Assembly (NCBI GenBank): GCA_038087875.1
Contig: CM075990.1
Location: 5,272,001 to 5,336,000, forward strand
Direction of reading: 5' to 3'
Length of the DNA: 64,000 bases
Source of the DNA: Malacoraja senta
Taxonomy: Eukaryota
Position numbers and translations under genes: made by a program. This document shows positions 22,578 to 36,024 of the stretch, in pieces. Within the stretch, counting starts at the first letter, position 1; each line of letters opens with the position of its first letter. Below the pieces are notes generated by a model. It was not told the origin of the DNA. It did no database searches and was given only the letters and a program-made list of their open reading frames with translations.

Positions 22578-25500
22578 GCTGCTGCACCCGCTGAGTTTCT
22601 CCAGCACTTTTGTCTACCTTCGATTTTCCAGCATCTGCAGTTCCTTCTTAATCACCTAGTCCCTAGCTAACAAAAGCCTGTTTCCTTTATCATCATTACT
22701 TTTTTGCATATCTTTCATTCATTTGTTCTATATCTCTCTATAATCACCATCTATATCCCTCGTCCCCTCTCCCCTGACTCTCAGGAGAAGGGTCTCGACC
22801 CGAAATGTCACCTATTCCTTCTCTCCAAAGATGCTGCCTGTCCTGCTGAGTTACTCTAGATTTTTGTGTCCATCTTCAGTTTAAACTAGTATCTGCAGTT
22901 CCTTCCTAGCTATTCTCAGTATTCTCTATGCTGTCACCCACACTCAGCCAAGTCTGCATCCCGTCCATTCCATCTAGGGTCCCCATTGTCATTTACAATC
23001 AGCATGGTTTGAACTGTCATCTGCTGTTGATACCGACTGCCTCCTAATCTACCCCAAACTCTGTAGAAACATTGGTAATCCTTGATAATGCCTGCACTCT
23101 CTGTCACCTACGCACTGAAAGATCTGCACCCAGATAGCCACAAACTGCTGGGGTAACTCAGCTGGTCAGGCAGCATCTCTGGAGAGAAGGAATGGGTGAC
23201 GTTTCGGGTCGAGACCTTTCTTCAGACTGTGTTGCTCCAGCATTTTGTGGAGTCTGAAGAAGTGTCTTGACCCGAAACATCACCAATTCCTTCTCTCCAA
23301 AGATGCTGCCCATCCTGCTGGGTTACTCCAGCATTTTGTATCTAACTTCGGTGTAAACCAGCATCATTATGTAGTTCCTTCCTACATAAGATCTACACCT
23401 GGTATGGTTGACAGGAACTACACTGCCATCCTTCTCAATCCGGTCCTCAATCTCAATCCTGTCAGTATCTGTCGCTTGTTCTCCGCACAGTCTTTCCCGC
23501 CAGCTACTCATGATACTGTTGGCTCAGTCACCCACAAGTGACTCGAACTGCCACCTATCCATGATAAGCTTTGCATGTTCACCTGCTGTTTGATTTAGTC
23601 TGCACTGTTGCTTACTCTTTGTACCGTTGGTTGTGTTAGAGTAATCTTCAAGTATTCTCGTCATTCTTTGTGCTGTCACCCATCAGTGTTTGTACTGGCA
23701 TCTCCTCCAGATACTGTCAGTTCGGTCTCTGACTCTGAATGTCTGGACTGGCAATGGTACTGTCACCTACACTTGACGTTGGTGCTGTTATCTACATCAG
23801 CATTGGAATTTACTGTCACCCAGTGTCAATGCTGTTTGTACTGCTGCCTACTGCCATTGGATCCTTAATTTCACCATTGCCCTGTGCCTCCAATTAGACT
23901 GCTACTCATTCCTGGCACCATCAACAACACTCGGGCACAGTCTACTCTCATCTGTTCTAAAAAGCCCAACACTGTCGTCTGTCTCCACTTAATCCAGCAT
24001 GGATGGTAGTACAATCTATTCTCAATGTTGTTTGCAATGTCACTTGCACTCAACTTAGTTTACACCAACACCCATTCTGGAAGGACACAAAGTCCTGGAA
24101 TAATTCAACAGGTCAGGCAGCATCTGTGGGGAACATGGATAGATGGTGTTTCGGGTCGGGATCCTTCCCAGACCCGTGTTCTCCAGAGATGCTGCCTGAC
24201 CTGCTGAGTTGTTCCAACACTTTGTGTCATTTTTGTTCTTTGTATCACCACTCTCGAAGGTTTTGGTACTGTCCATTGCTTTTCCCTTTATTGATTTACC
24301 GCAAGCTACTCCTGACAAAGTTCACACCATCACCTGCCTTTAACTTGGCCATTTGCTCTTGACGCTGTTGTCATTATAACCAACACTCAACACACAACCC
24401 AGACTTATTCTTGATAACCTTTATCCTGACAGCCACTCCTGATACCTTTTGTACTGTTACTGCAATGTCATATGTGATCTACACTTGTTACTTTCTATGC
24501 TGCCCATACACTTACCCTGGAGTGCATGGCCATCTCTTGATACTGTCGATCCCACTGCGCACGGTTTACTGTCACCCACTTTCCGCATGGATCATACTGT
24601 CGCCTTCTCTTGATGCTGTGAGCTGCCAGCTACGATTGAAAATGTTGGTACTGCCAGCACCAACAGCAATAGACAATAGACAATAGGTGTAGGAGTAGGC
24701 CATTCGGTCCAATGTGATCATGGCTGATCATCCCCAATCAGTACCCCATTCCTGCCTTCTCCCCATATCCCCTGACTCTGCTATCTTTAAGAGCCCTATC
24801 TAGCTCTCTCTTGAAAGCATCCAGAGAACCGCCCTCCACCGCCCTCTGAGGCAAAGAATCCCACAGACTCACAACTCTCTGTGAGAAAAAGTGGGTTTCC
24901 TCGTCTCCGTTCTAAATGGCTTACTCCTTATTCTTAAACTGTGGCCCCTGGTTCTGGACTCCCCCAACACCGGGAACATGTTTCCTGCCTCTAGCGTGTC
25001 CAAACCCTTACTGAGCATAAACTGTTCTGGAGTCGACCCTCAATATTTTCAGTACCATCACCTGCTCTCAGCATTGTCTGTGTTGCCACTACTCTGGAGG
25101 CAAGGGGGGAGATTCCTGGAGCCTTTGTAAGACATATCTAAATCTTCTTGGCCATTGGTGAGGTGGAAAACAGCAAACATGAATATCTGGGACTTTTTTT
25201 TACCTGTAGTTAAGGAGGTTGAGGAATATAAAATCCATGCCGATTAGGTGGTTGGTCAGAGTCTTTTCCCCAGTATAGGGCAGTCTAAAACCAGAGGGCA
25301 TAGGATTAAAGTGAGAGGGGAAAGATTTAAAAGGGGCCTGAGGAGTAACTATCTCACACAGAGGGTAGTGGGTGCATGGATCGAGCTATCAGAGGAAGCT
25401 GTAGAGGAAGTAGAATTACCACCTTTAACAGACATTTAAGACAAGGTTCAGACTAGGTTCAGAGAAATGTTGGGCCGAATGCAGGCAAATGGGATTAGCT

Positions 25501-25747
25501 CAAAGATAGATATCTTGGCTGGCATGGATGAGTTGGGCCAAAAGGCCTGTTTCCATGCTGCATAACTCAGCGACTTTATTCGAGAAGGGTGTCAGGAGGT
25601 ATCTCGTCAGGACTTCTGGTTGAACGTTGTTGCAAATGCTTCAAAAATTCACATGCTTTCTGGAGTCGACCCTCAATATTTTCGGTACCATCACCTGCTC
25701 TCAGCATTGTCTGTGTTGCCACTACCCTGGAGGCAAGTTATGCATTC

Positions 25748-26548
25748 TGCAATATGCATTCTGACTGCATTATTTGCAAAGATCGTGAGTTTTAAAGTTA
25801 CATCAGACCACAATTGGGCTAAATGGCAAAGGGCCAGAAGAGATCTGACAACTCAAAGGTGGGCTTCCATGAGACACTATTGTCCATTAAGGGCAGCAGG
25901 TTATAAGACTGATAAACGGACTTTGTCCCCTGCCAAAGTATCGTGCACCAACCACCAACCTGGACACACTGCAGCAGAGCCACTGTCGTGCCGCTGCTGA
26001 TCGGAACGCCTGTTGATGTTTAGTAGAGTAGAGTGTTAATTTGTTCATGATATATGTATTTTTACTTCTATTTATTTTTTACTGCACACTGAAATGGACA
26101 CTGGTTGAGGAACGTTTTTTTGTTTCCTCTGGGTATGCGAATACTCAGGAAATGACAATAAAGATATACAATACAATACAATACAATGCTGAACCCTGCC
26201 ATTGTTGAGGTTGGAGTGTCATCGAAGCCTTCTCCTCCCATTAGATTGTCCACCATCATTCATGTCAAAATATGTTAGAACTTGGCATGCCTTCTAATTT
26301 TCTCAGTAAAACAGGGTTGATCCATTGGCTTTAACATAATGGTATAGTGAGATCTATATGGGAAATAAAGATGATAGATTGTGGTGATGTACATTTCTGC
26401 TGCCCTTAATGGACAATAGTGTCTCATGGAAGCCCACCTTTGAGTTGTCAGATCTCTTCTGGCCCTTTGCCGTTTAGCCCAATTGTGGTCTGATGTAACT
26501 TTAAAACTCACGATCTTTGCAAATAATGCAGTCAGAATGCATATTGCA
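25748..26548. repeat. 152-bp inverted duplication (25748-25899 / 26397-26548)
   Basis: The arms are reverse complements, with one visible mismatch (aaatggc versus aaacggc). Confidence 0.92.
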
Positions 26549-27241
26549 TTGAGAGCAGGATTCAATGAAGATAGCAACACTTTGTGCCATGATAGCTCAT
26601 TTTGAGAATGACACGAGATATATTATCCAGTAGAAGCACCCGTGTGAATCAAAAATTGGTGCAGTTCTGACCATAATAAGATGAGGTGAAAAAATATTAT
26701 TAATATGAATATTTATCTTAGTTATCATATTAGAACTATCTAATGACTTCTGGTTATTCTGACATATCTGAGCTCAGCCATTTCTAGTCTTTTGAGTATC
26801 TCAAATGTTGAAACTATAACCATTCGAGTACCTAAGCACTAGAAATTCCCCACTGAAACCCCTCTACCCCTCTAGTAGTCCTTAATGCCTACCTCTAAAC
26901 AATTTGTGATCATAAGCCCACAATCTCCTTCTGTGGCATGTTTCTGTCATTTTAATTGATGTTGCTCCACTGAAGTTCCATGGATCAGTTGCTTTGTTAA
27001 AGATGCCTTCTAATAACACATCTCTGGAGAGAAGGAATGGGTGACACTTCGGGTCAAGAAGAAAACTCTGAAGAAGGGTCTCGACTCGAAACATCACCCC
27101 TTCCTTCTCTCCAGAGATGATGCCTGTCCCGCTGAGTTGCTCCTGCATTTTGTGTCTATCTTTGGTATAAACCAGCACCTCCATAGTTCCTTCCTACACA
27201 TTATAAAAACACATGTCAGATTTTTACTGTGCAGCCACTAA

Positions 27242-27538
27242 AGGCCCTGTCCCACTTTCCCGAGTTAATCACGAACTCTCCCGAGTTTTCCCCTTGATTC
27301 GAACTCGGGGAATGTCGGGTAATGTCTGTAGCAAGCCTGTAGGAGTCCGTAGATGTTTCGTAGCGGCTCGTAATGCCAGCCGTAGGAACTCGGGGCATCA
27401 GGTAAGTTGGGAGTTTTTTTCAACAAAAAAATAGCCCCGAGTACCTACGAACGGCTATTACCGTAATTATCTGAGTTCGAATCAAGGGGGAAAACTCGGG
27501 AGAGTTCGTGAGTAACTCGGGAAAGTGGGACAGGGCCT
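27242..27538. mobile_element. PIF/Harbinger-like MITE
   Basis: Long TIRs aggccctgtcccactttcccgagtta... and their reverse complement. Confidence 0.8.
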
Positions 27539-30500
27539 TTGGTCTCATTGTCCTCAGTACCATCATTCAGTCCTGAAAGCTGAAGATACTGTAACCCAAC
27601 CGTCTTTATGGTCTGCACCCTCACATGCAATAGATACAATTGTCTGTACAGTCATCTATAGGTAGTATGATTCAAAATGCCCGTTCTGATACTCTGGCCC
27701 TCTCAGCTTCTCTGGATTCAGTCTAAATTCCTACATAGGCTCCAGCTGAGTCTGCAATGTGTTCTGTTTTCTCAATGTTTGTAATATTAGTTTAGTTTAG
27801 TTTAGTTTAGTTTAGAGATACAGCGCCCACTAGGTCCGCGCCGACCAGCGATCCCCGCACATTAACACCATCCTACACCTACCAGGGACAATTTTTACAT
27901 TTTACCAAGCCAATTAACCTACAAACCTGTACGTCTTTGGAGTGTGGGAGGAAACCGAAGATCTCGGAGAAAACCCACACAGATCACGGGGAGAACGTAC
28001 AAACTCCGTACAGACAGAACCCGTAGTCGGGATCGAACCCGGGTCTACGGGTTCTGTCTACCCGTGGTCTATTGCTCTACTATCACCTATTATCCTATTG
28101 TTTGGTCTGCACAGTCAAAATGATCTGTACTATTTTGAATTCTCTATGGTTGCATAGTCACATACTATTGATTTGATCTGTATTATCACCCACTCTTGAC
28201 AGGGTCATTAACGTCACCTAGTTCTTTGCGAATGTTTGTACTTTACCACAATCCCTATTATCATCTAATCTTATTATGGTCAGAACAGCACCAATTTTTG
28301 ATACTTGCTGTTACCTCTACTGGATAATATATCTCGTGTCAGTTATTCTCATAATGATTTGTAATGTCACAAACTGTTGCTATCTTTACTGAATCCTGCC
28401 CTCAATGCAATGTGCATTATGACGGACTATGAATCATCATCATTGTCAACTACTGTTGTACCAAATTATACATTCAAATGCTTGTGCTATAGTTCTTTTG
28501 TCATCTCCTATAGTCACTATGTTTGATAAGTTCTATACTACATTCTAACTTAGTACCAGGTCAACTAATATTGCAAAGATCTGTACTGTTATTAATGCCA
28601 CACTAACCTGTCATCATTGTTCCCTACTATATATATTGTCACTACAATTGCTCATGTCCACACTGCCTTTATTCTCCATATGGTTACAAACTCTCACTGT
28701 TACTTTTTCTATCATCTACTCTTCACAGTCCCCTCTACTTCCTATTGTCACTTTGTCACTTTAATCTGTGCCGTGACATACTCTAAATGGAAGCAATTCT
28801 CAATACAATCTATTTGGTAATTTACTCATACTGTAGGTTAACCTAGTACATTCTGATGCCACAGTAAATTACTGCAACTTGTCTCTGACATGTCCTTTAG
28901 AGGCACTTATTTGAATTGTTGTCACTGCCACTGTTTATATGACAATACTATTACCAAAGATATTACTATTTCTACCGACAACACTTGTGAAATGACCTGA
29001 GCTGCACATGCAGTCGACATGGACACCCACTCTTTATGCGGTCAGTTACCTGTTTATGCCATTTATATGTCTAATGTTAGTTTACATTTACCGCATGGAA
29101 ACAGGCCATTCAGTCCATCTAGTCCACCCCAGCCATTGGTCACCTGTTCACAATAGTTCCATGTTATCCCACTGTTCCACTCCCGACACACTAGGGGTAA
29201 TTTACAGAGGCCAATTAACCTATAAACCTGCGCGTCTTTGGGATGTGGGAGGAAACCGGGGTACCCGGAGGAAACCCATGGGGTCACAGGGATATCGTGC
29301 AAACTCCCCATAGACAGTACCCGAGGTCAGAATCGTATCTGTGTCTCTGGCACCCGGGTCTCTGGCGCTGTACGACAGCAGCTCTACCAGCTGCGCCCCT
29401 GTGCTGCTCAAGTCCTCCCATGACTTCTAGACTGTGACCCACTTTAAATACACCTTTTTATACCCCTGATTTGATGCAGAATTGCATTCGCTCTTGATAT
29501 GATTTGGAAGTTCATCTACTCATGACGGGATTTGTTTTGTACCCAGTGATGAGCTACAAATCTCACCTGGTAATATGAGCTGCACGCAACAGCTGAAAAT
29601 GCACTTCACAGAAAGCCATTGTCTGCCATGCTGAGAGGTGCTGAGTGAAGCCTGACTGGTTTGAAGTGTAGAAATCACCTTTTGCATGGAATGGTACAGT
29701 ATTTATCTCAAGTTAATCACATAATAGATATAATTTAAACATCATTTGAATTAATGTTAGACCTGGATTGAGCTAAACATCAGTGATATCTGATATCCTT
29801 CCTCCAGACCTGACTTATAGCTGTGCCCAAACACATGAAAATATTTTTCATGACTAAAATCAGCAGGTTTCCAAATCCTTTAATAGATGTTTGCACAGCT
29901 AGTAACTTCTGTTGGCTTTTAAATATGTTTACGACATTGCTATAAATGTTAGTATTTGTGAATGTTCATAGACATTTGGACAGGTACATGGATAGGATAG
30001 GTTTAGAAGGATATGGGCCACACGCAGGCAGGTGGGACTATTGTAGATGGGGCATGTTGGTCAGTGTGGGCCAGTTGGGCCGAAGGGCCTGTTTCAGGCT
30101 AACTTCAATTAAATTCAAAGAGTACTGGGGCTTTGGTGTTACTGGGGCTTTGTTGATTAAATATGTTCATGTTGCAACAAGTTTGTGAATTCCAAATATT
30201 TCAGATGAAATATAATAGTACTTTGTTAGGGTAGATTTGCCATCATTCCAATATTTTATGATTGTATCACTGGGGTATAATATGACAGCAGGATATTTCA
30301 CAAAAATTCCCCAGGTTAGTGACCATGGATCAACCATCTCAAGTTTCTTCATCAATGGCATTCCTTCCCAACATAACATCACAAATAGGGATGTGCGCTG
30401 ATAATTGCACAATTTAATTCGTGCCACACCAGAGCCAGATAATGCCCTTCATTAACAAGGGAGAGACCACCAGTATTAGTAGCTTCACCAAATCCCCCAA

Positions 30501-32519
30501 TATCAACCTCTTGGGGGATTGAGGGTTGGTGTGAGTGTGCTGTTGGAGCAACCCATGGCCATTGTGCGTAGCTACAACAGAAGTTCATGTATATTCTGTG
30601 GTGAATGATGTTGGGGGAGTCCAGAACCAGGTGCCACAGTTTAAGAATAAGGGGTAAGCCATTTAGAACGGAGACGAGGAAACACTTCTTCACACAGAGA
30701 GTTGTGAGTGTGGAATTCTCTGCCTCAGTGGGCGGTGGAGGCCGGTTCTCTGGATGCTTTCAAGAGAGAGCTAGATAGGGCTCTTAAAGATAGCGGAGTC
30801 AGGGGATATGGGGAGAAGGCAGGAACGGGGTACTGATTAGGGATGATCAGCCATGGTCACATTGAATGGCGGTGCTGGCTCAAAGGGCCAAATGGCCTAC
30901 TCCTGCACCTATTGTCTATTGTCTCTCTTAATATGCAGAGGTCTCCCATGGGTCCTCTGTTTTCCTCCCATATCAATAAAGATCTGCGGGGCGGTAGATT
31001 ACTTAGCCACTGTAATTTGTTCCTAATGTGTGGTTGAGAGGTAGAATCTGGTGGGGAGTTGAAGAGACTGTAGAGAGAAAGAAAAACAAAATTGGGCTGA
31101 TGCCGGATTAGTGCAAATGAATGGTTGACGGTCGACGTGGACAAGGTGGGCCGAAGGCCTATTTCTGCATCGTTGCTCTCTATGACTCCAAATCCCACGT
31201 ACCAGCTACAGGGCACAAGTCAAGACTGTGTTGGAATAGTCTCTACTTGCTTAGATTTGTGTAGCTATCACAAAACTTAAGTAGATCACCAACTTTCAAG
31301 CCAAAGAAACCAACTCAATTGGCAACTCAATTGGCGGTGCTGGCTTGAAGGGACGTCTGGCCTACTCCTGCACCTATTGTCTATTGTCTAACTCATCCAC
31401 CATCCTATGCATTGGCTCCCTCCAATATCAATACACCATGGCTGCCGTATGTCCCATCCACAACATACACCACCCATAGATGTCTAAGGTACACTGACCT
31501 CCCAAACCTTTCATTCCTATGATCACCATCTATAGGCTTCACCAACTCAGAGACCATTCCTATGGGAATAGATCCCAATTTCTCACTGGGTCCATGTCCT
31601 GGAACTCCCTATCTACCAACGGTGTCAAAATAGCTTCATCAGAACAACAATTTCTGAAGAGCTGTTAGGATTTGCCAATAAATGCCGAATGAGTGAGACC
31701 CATATCCCTCAAATCAGATTTTGAATGACTATCTTATCCTATGGGACAACTCACCTCTGCAGACATCCTCTGCCTTGTGGGATTCTTGACTCGTGGCTGC
31801 ATTTCCGACTTGCAAATTGTTCTTGGGAGCTGAACCCTGCCTGGGAGGATCTGTAATGTTGTTTTAAGAGGAGGTTATTAGCTCAGTAATCTACAGCGAG
31901 TGACTCAGTCCATGGCACCCCAAGGCATTTCCACCATCTATCATCTAGAAACAAATCAGTACAATGGAATAATCTGCACTTACCTGGATGAACGCAGTCC
32001 CAATTACTTTCAAGAACTTAACACTATTCAGACTAAAGCAGCCCATTTAATTTTCACCCAGCAACTACTGTAAATATTTATCCCCTCTGATCTGGTGCAC
32101 AGTGCGACAGTGTGTACCATCTATAAAATGGGCTGCAGTTACAGGACCAGACTGCTCCGACAACACCTGAACTCAACCATCAAGAAGGATAGGGGCAGCA
32201 GGCATATGGGAAGACCACTGCCTGCAGGTTTCCCTCCAAGTCACAAACTAACTCTGACATGGAAGTTCATTCATTGCACCTGCCGCGCTTCCAGACGTCT
32301 GCCCACCATCATGTCCTCGCGGGCATGTGGAAGTGGACAATAAATGTTGGTCCTGCCAGTGATGCCTAGAACATGAAGATGAATATATAGTCACATTGAA
32401 ACACACCATTTGGCCCACTATGTTTCTGCTAACCAGCATGCAGAGGGGATTATTAATAATAATCCTACTTGACCGCGTCAATTCCATATCCCACTATAAC
32501 TTGCTCATTCGGTCGTATT

Positions 32520-32920
32520 TTAATTGTGATCATTCCTGCCTCCACTCTGGCAGCTCGTTGCTGATACCGACTACTTGTGTGACAAACCTCTCTCTCAGAT
32601 TTCCTTTGTATCTCCTCCCACTCATTTAAACGCAAGCCCTCCAGTTTTTAGACGTCTCTACCAGGGGAAACAGACTCTGGCTATCTACCCTATTTATGCC
32701 TCTCGTCATCTTATATACCTCGATCATGCCACCTCTCAGCCTCTTCTGCTCCAGGGAAAACAGGCCCTGCCTACCTAATCCAGGCAACATCTGCGTGGAT
32801 CTTTTCTGCACCCTGTCTAGCTCAATCACATCTTTCCTGTCATGTGGTAACCACAGTTGTACACAATACTTCATGTGTGGTCTAACTAATGCTCTGTAAA
32901 CTGTAACATACCGTCCCAAC
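32520..32920 (-). mobile_element. CR1 LINE fragment
   Basis: YRALVRPHMKYCVQLWLPH...LDRVQKR. Confidence 0.8.
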
Positions 32921-33856
32921 TCGTACTTAATATGTAGGAAAGAACTGCAGATGCTGGTTTAAATCGATGATAGACACAAAATGCTGGAGTAACTCAGAGG
33001 GACAGGCTGAATCTCTGGAGAGAAGGAATGAGTGACTGAAGAAGGTTTAATTAATGTTTGTTGAAATGATTATCATGCATTGCTGATGATTAGTTTAGTA
33101 AAATGTGCATCAAAGGTGAATGCCTAGGCAAGATGGAACTTTATATAGTGTCATTTGTGAGCCATCTCCTCCTTTTAAGCAATGTATCTGTGGAGCACTG
33201 GCTAGACTGTGGAGGTGAGCTGATTTGTATTTTGTGGGAAATTGAAGCTACTCCAAGTAATTTTCCTTCCACTATTATGTGGAACTTACGGGAAGTGAGA
33301 GGAACCTTTAGCGCAAACGTGCCTTCGGTAAGCCCAGGCATGCAGAGTTCAAAGTGGAAATAATTTGCTTTGTTATTGACAGTTCTTCCTCTGTTTTACT
33401 GTTCAAAGAATCAACTGGTTACTCCCTTCTTGAAGTTGTTTATGTTGCAGGCTTTTCCTCAATACATGTGCACTCCATAAAGAAACAAGGAACTGCAGAT
33501 GCTGGTTTACACAAAAGGACACCAAGTGCTGGAGTAACTCAGCGGGCCAGGCAGAATCTCCGGACAACGTGGACAGGTGACGTTTTGGGTCGGGAACCTG
33601 CTTCAGACTCTACGGAGATTGGGCCTGAAGAAGGGTCCTGACCCGAAATGTCACCTGTCCGTGTTCTCCAGAGAAGGTGCCTGACCCGCTGAGTTGCTCG
33701 AACAATTAGTGTCCTTTTTTGCACTCTGTGAATCATAGTTGAGTTACATTTCCTTCTGGCATAGAAGACGGCCATTCAGCCACTATGCCTATGCTTGCTC
33801 TCAGATCAACCCCTTTAATTCCATTCACCCTTTTTCTCTCACAAATGCCAATTAAA

Positions 33857-34458
33857 AGGTCTGTCTCACGAATCTGCGGTCATTGGCGGCGAAACGGGAA
33901 GAATCTGCCGCCATAGACCGCGCACTCGTGAGAAAGAACAATTCCCGGGCCGTGCGACGGTGTTCCCAACACCGCGCGGTGCAAAAATAAAATCGACAAT
34001 GTCGAAAACCAAATACTCACCGCACAACCTCCACCAGTGATGCACGAGTGCGCACGGCCGCTCGCACGGGCCGCCGCCAGTGTGGGTCGAGCGCCGTGCG
34101 TCAAACCTCCTCTGCCACAGCCTCCGCCAGTGACGCACGTGCCGCCGCCAGTGAGGCACGTGTGCTGCGCGGCCGCAGGCACAGCCACCACTACAGCGCC
34201 GCGATCAGGATGGCCGCCGCCACAGCCGCCGCTGGTGAGTCACGTGCGGGGGGCCGACGTCATCGCAGTCGGCCCGCCCTTTTTTTACTTACCGCAAGCA
34301 CGTGGGACCCGCCGTGTTTGAATTAACTCGGCCCCCGCGCAGCATGCGTGCGGCGCTCCGGTGGATAGGCTCGACGCTCTCGCCGTTGCCGCGCGGTCCT
34401 CGCTACCGGCGACGCCGCGCTTCACCGCCGATGACCGCAAACAGGTAAGACACGGCCT
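33857..34458. mobile_element. Divergent GC/CpG-rich MITE with Harbinger-like termini
   Basis: Left ggtctgtctcacgaatctgcggtcattggcggcgaa aligns with the reverse complement of the right end, ggccgtgtcttacctgtttgcggtcatcggcggtgaa. TAA flanks. Internal ccgccagtg repeats. Confidence 0.6.
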
Positions 34459-35400
34459 TAACTCTCTAGCTTCTCCTACCATCCATATACAGTGGGGATA
34501 ATTTACCTAGCAACAAACATGTCGTTGGGATGTGAAAACAAACTGAAACACCCCATTAAAAACTATTTGGTGAGAGGGAGCACGTGCAAACTCCACACCA
34601 ACAGCTGAGATTAGAATTGTATCTGGGTGGCTGGAGCTATGATACGGCTGCATTATCTGCATTATAGTCAGTGCATGGTAAGGAGGAATATTATCAAACA
34701 TACCCCAGGGCATTGAGATCCCTGGTGATCAGTGCTTGTGAGACAATGCTCATTGAACAGTTACAACACAGAGGGGGCTTTTTGATACATTGCATTTATG
34801 TTGGTCATAAAAAGGGTTGGATGGCCCAATTCCATCCCCCAGTGCAGACTCCAATGCTGAAGAGACACTGTGGATTACATCAGACAGTTGAGGTAATCCC
34901 CACATTACGGCCATTTAAGCAACAGAAATTTACCCTTATAGAATTCACAATCACTGTCATAAAATTCTGAAGACTTCACAAGTGTTTGCTGTTCTACAAT
35001 GATACAACACTGATTTAATTGTTGCAGCAGTTCCGAGTCTGTTGTCACTTAACTGAAATGCTCCCTTTAGTTTGCTTTAGTTTAGTTTAGAGATACAACG
35101 CGGAAACAGGCCATTCGGCCCACCGAGTCTACGGCGACCACCGATCCCCGCATATTAACACTATCCTACACACACGAGGGACAATTTTTACATTTACCAA
35201 GCCAATTTACCTACATACCTGTATGTCTTTGGAGTGTGGCAGGAAACTGAAGATCTCGGAGAAAACACATGCGGTCACGGGGAGAACGTACAAACTCCGT
35301 ACAGACAGCACCCGTTGTCGGGATGGAACCCGGGTCTCCGGCGCTGCATGCGCTCTATGGCAGAAACTCTACTGCTGCGCCACTGTGCCAACTTGCATAA

Positions 35401-36024
35401 AGGGCCTGTCCCACTTGGGTGACCTAATCCGCGAGTTCTGGCGAGTTTGCCCTCAACTCATACTCGCAGCATGGTCGACACGAGGTCGTAGGAGGTCTTT
35501 GTAACTCTCCTTCGTGCTCAAGAGTGGTCTCCGCGTACTCGAGGCCTCAGCTAGGTTGCGGCGTTTTTTTCAACATGTTAAAAAATGCCCGCGAGTAAAA
35601 AGTCTCCATGGAAAAAATAGATTTTTTTTTTACTCATAGGTTTAGTCGTAGTAGGTCGGCATGTTATTCGTCGGTAATCGAGGGTAGCCAAAGGTAGTCG
35701 AGGGTAGTCATAAATAGTCTTCATCATAGTCAAAGGGAGGTCGAAGGAGATCGAAGGAGATCGAAGGAGGTCGTCTTCACTCTCCACTATTCGGTGTCCA
35801 ATTTTCCCAAAGTTAGTCATAGCTAGTCGTAGCTAGTCGAAGCTAGTCGAAGAAGGTCGAAGGCGGTCGTCTTCACTCTCCACTATTCGGTGTCCAATTT
35901 TCCCAAAGTTAGTCGTAGCTAGTCGAAGCTGGTCTTCAACATAGTCGAAGGAGGTCGAAGGAGGTCTTCAACATGTCATTTTTTTGAAACTCGCCAATTA
36001 GGTCGCCCAAGTGGGACAGCCTTT
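35401..36024. mobile_element. PIF/Harbinger-like MITE with internal tandem repeats
   Basis: TIR agggcctgtcccacttggg ... cccaagtgggacagcc. Internal duplication at about 35765-35850 and 35860-35935. Confidence 0.8.

Noticed and set aside
34431..34444. MTANR start resembling UTP14A
   Set aside because: Only five residues, inside a TIR, and no further UTP14 exons are present.
33860..34460. CpG island as the main gene promoter
   Set aside because: It is bounded by MITE-like TIRs and lies inside intron 1; the conserved start exon is at 21740. Kept only as a possible exapted alternative.
35690..35970. CRISPR-like or coding repeat array
   Set aside because: Irregular short repeats without unique spacers, inside a MITE in eukaryotic DNA.
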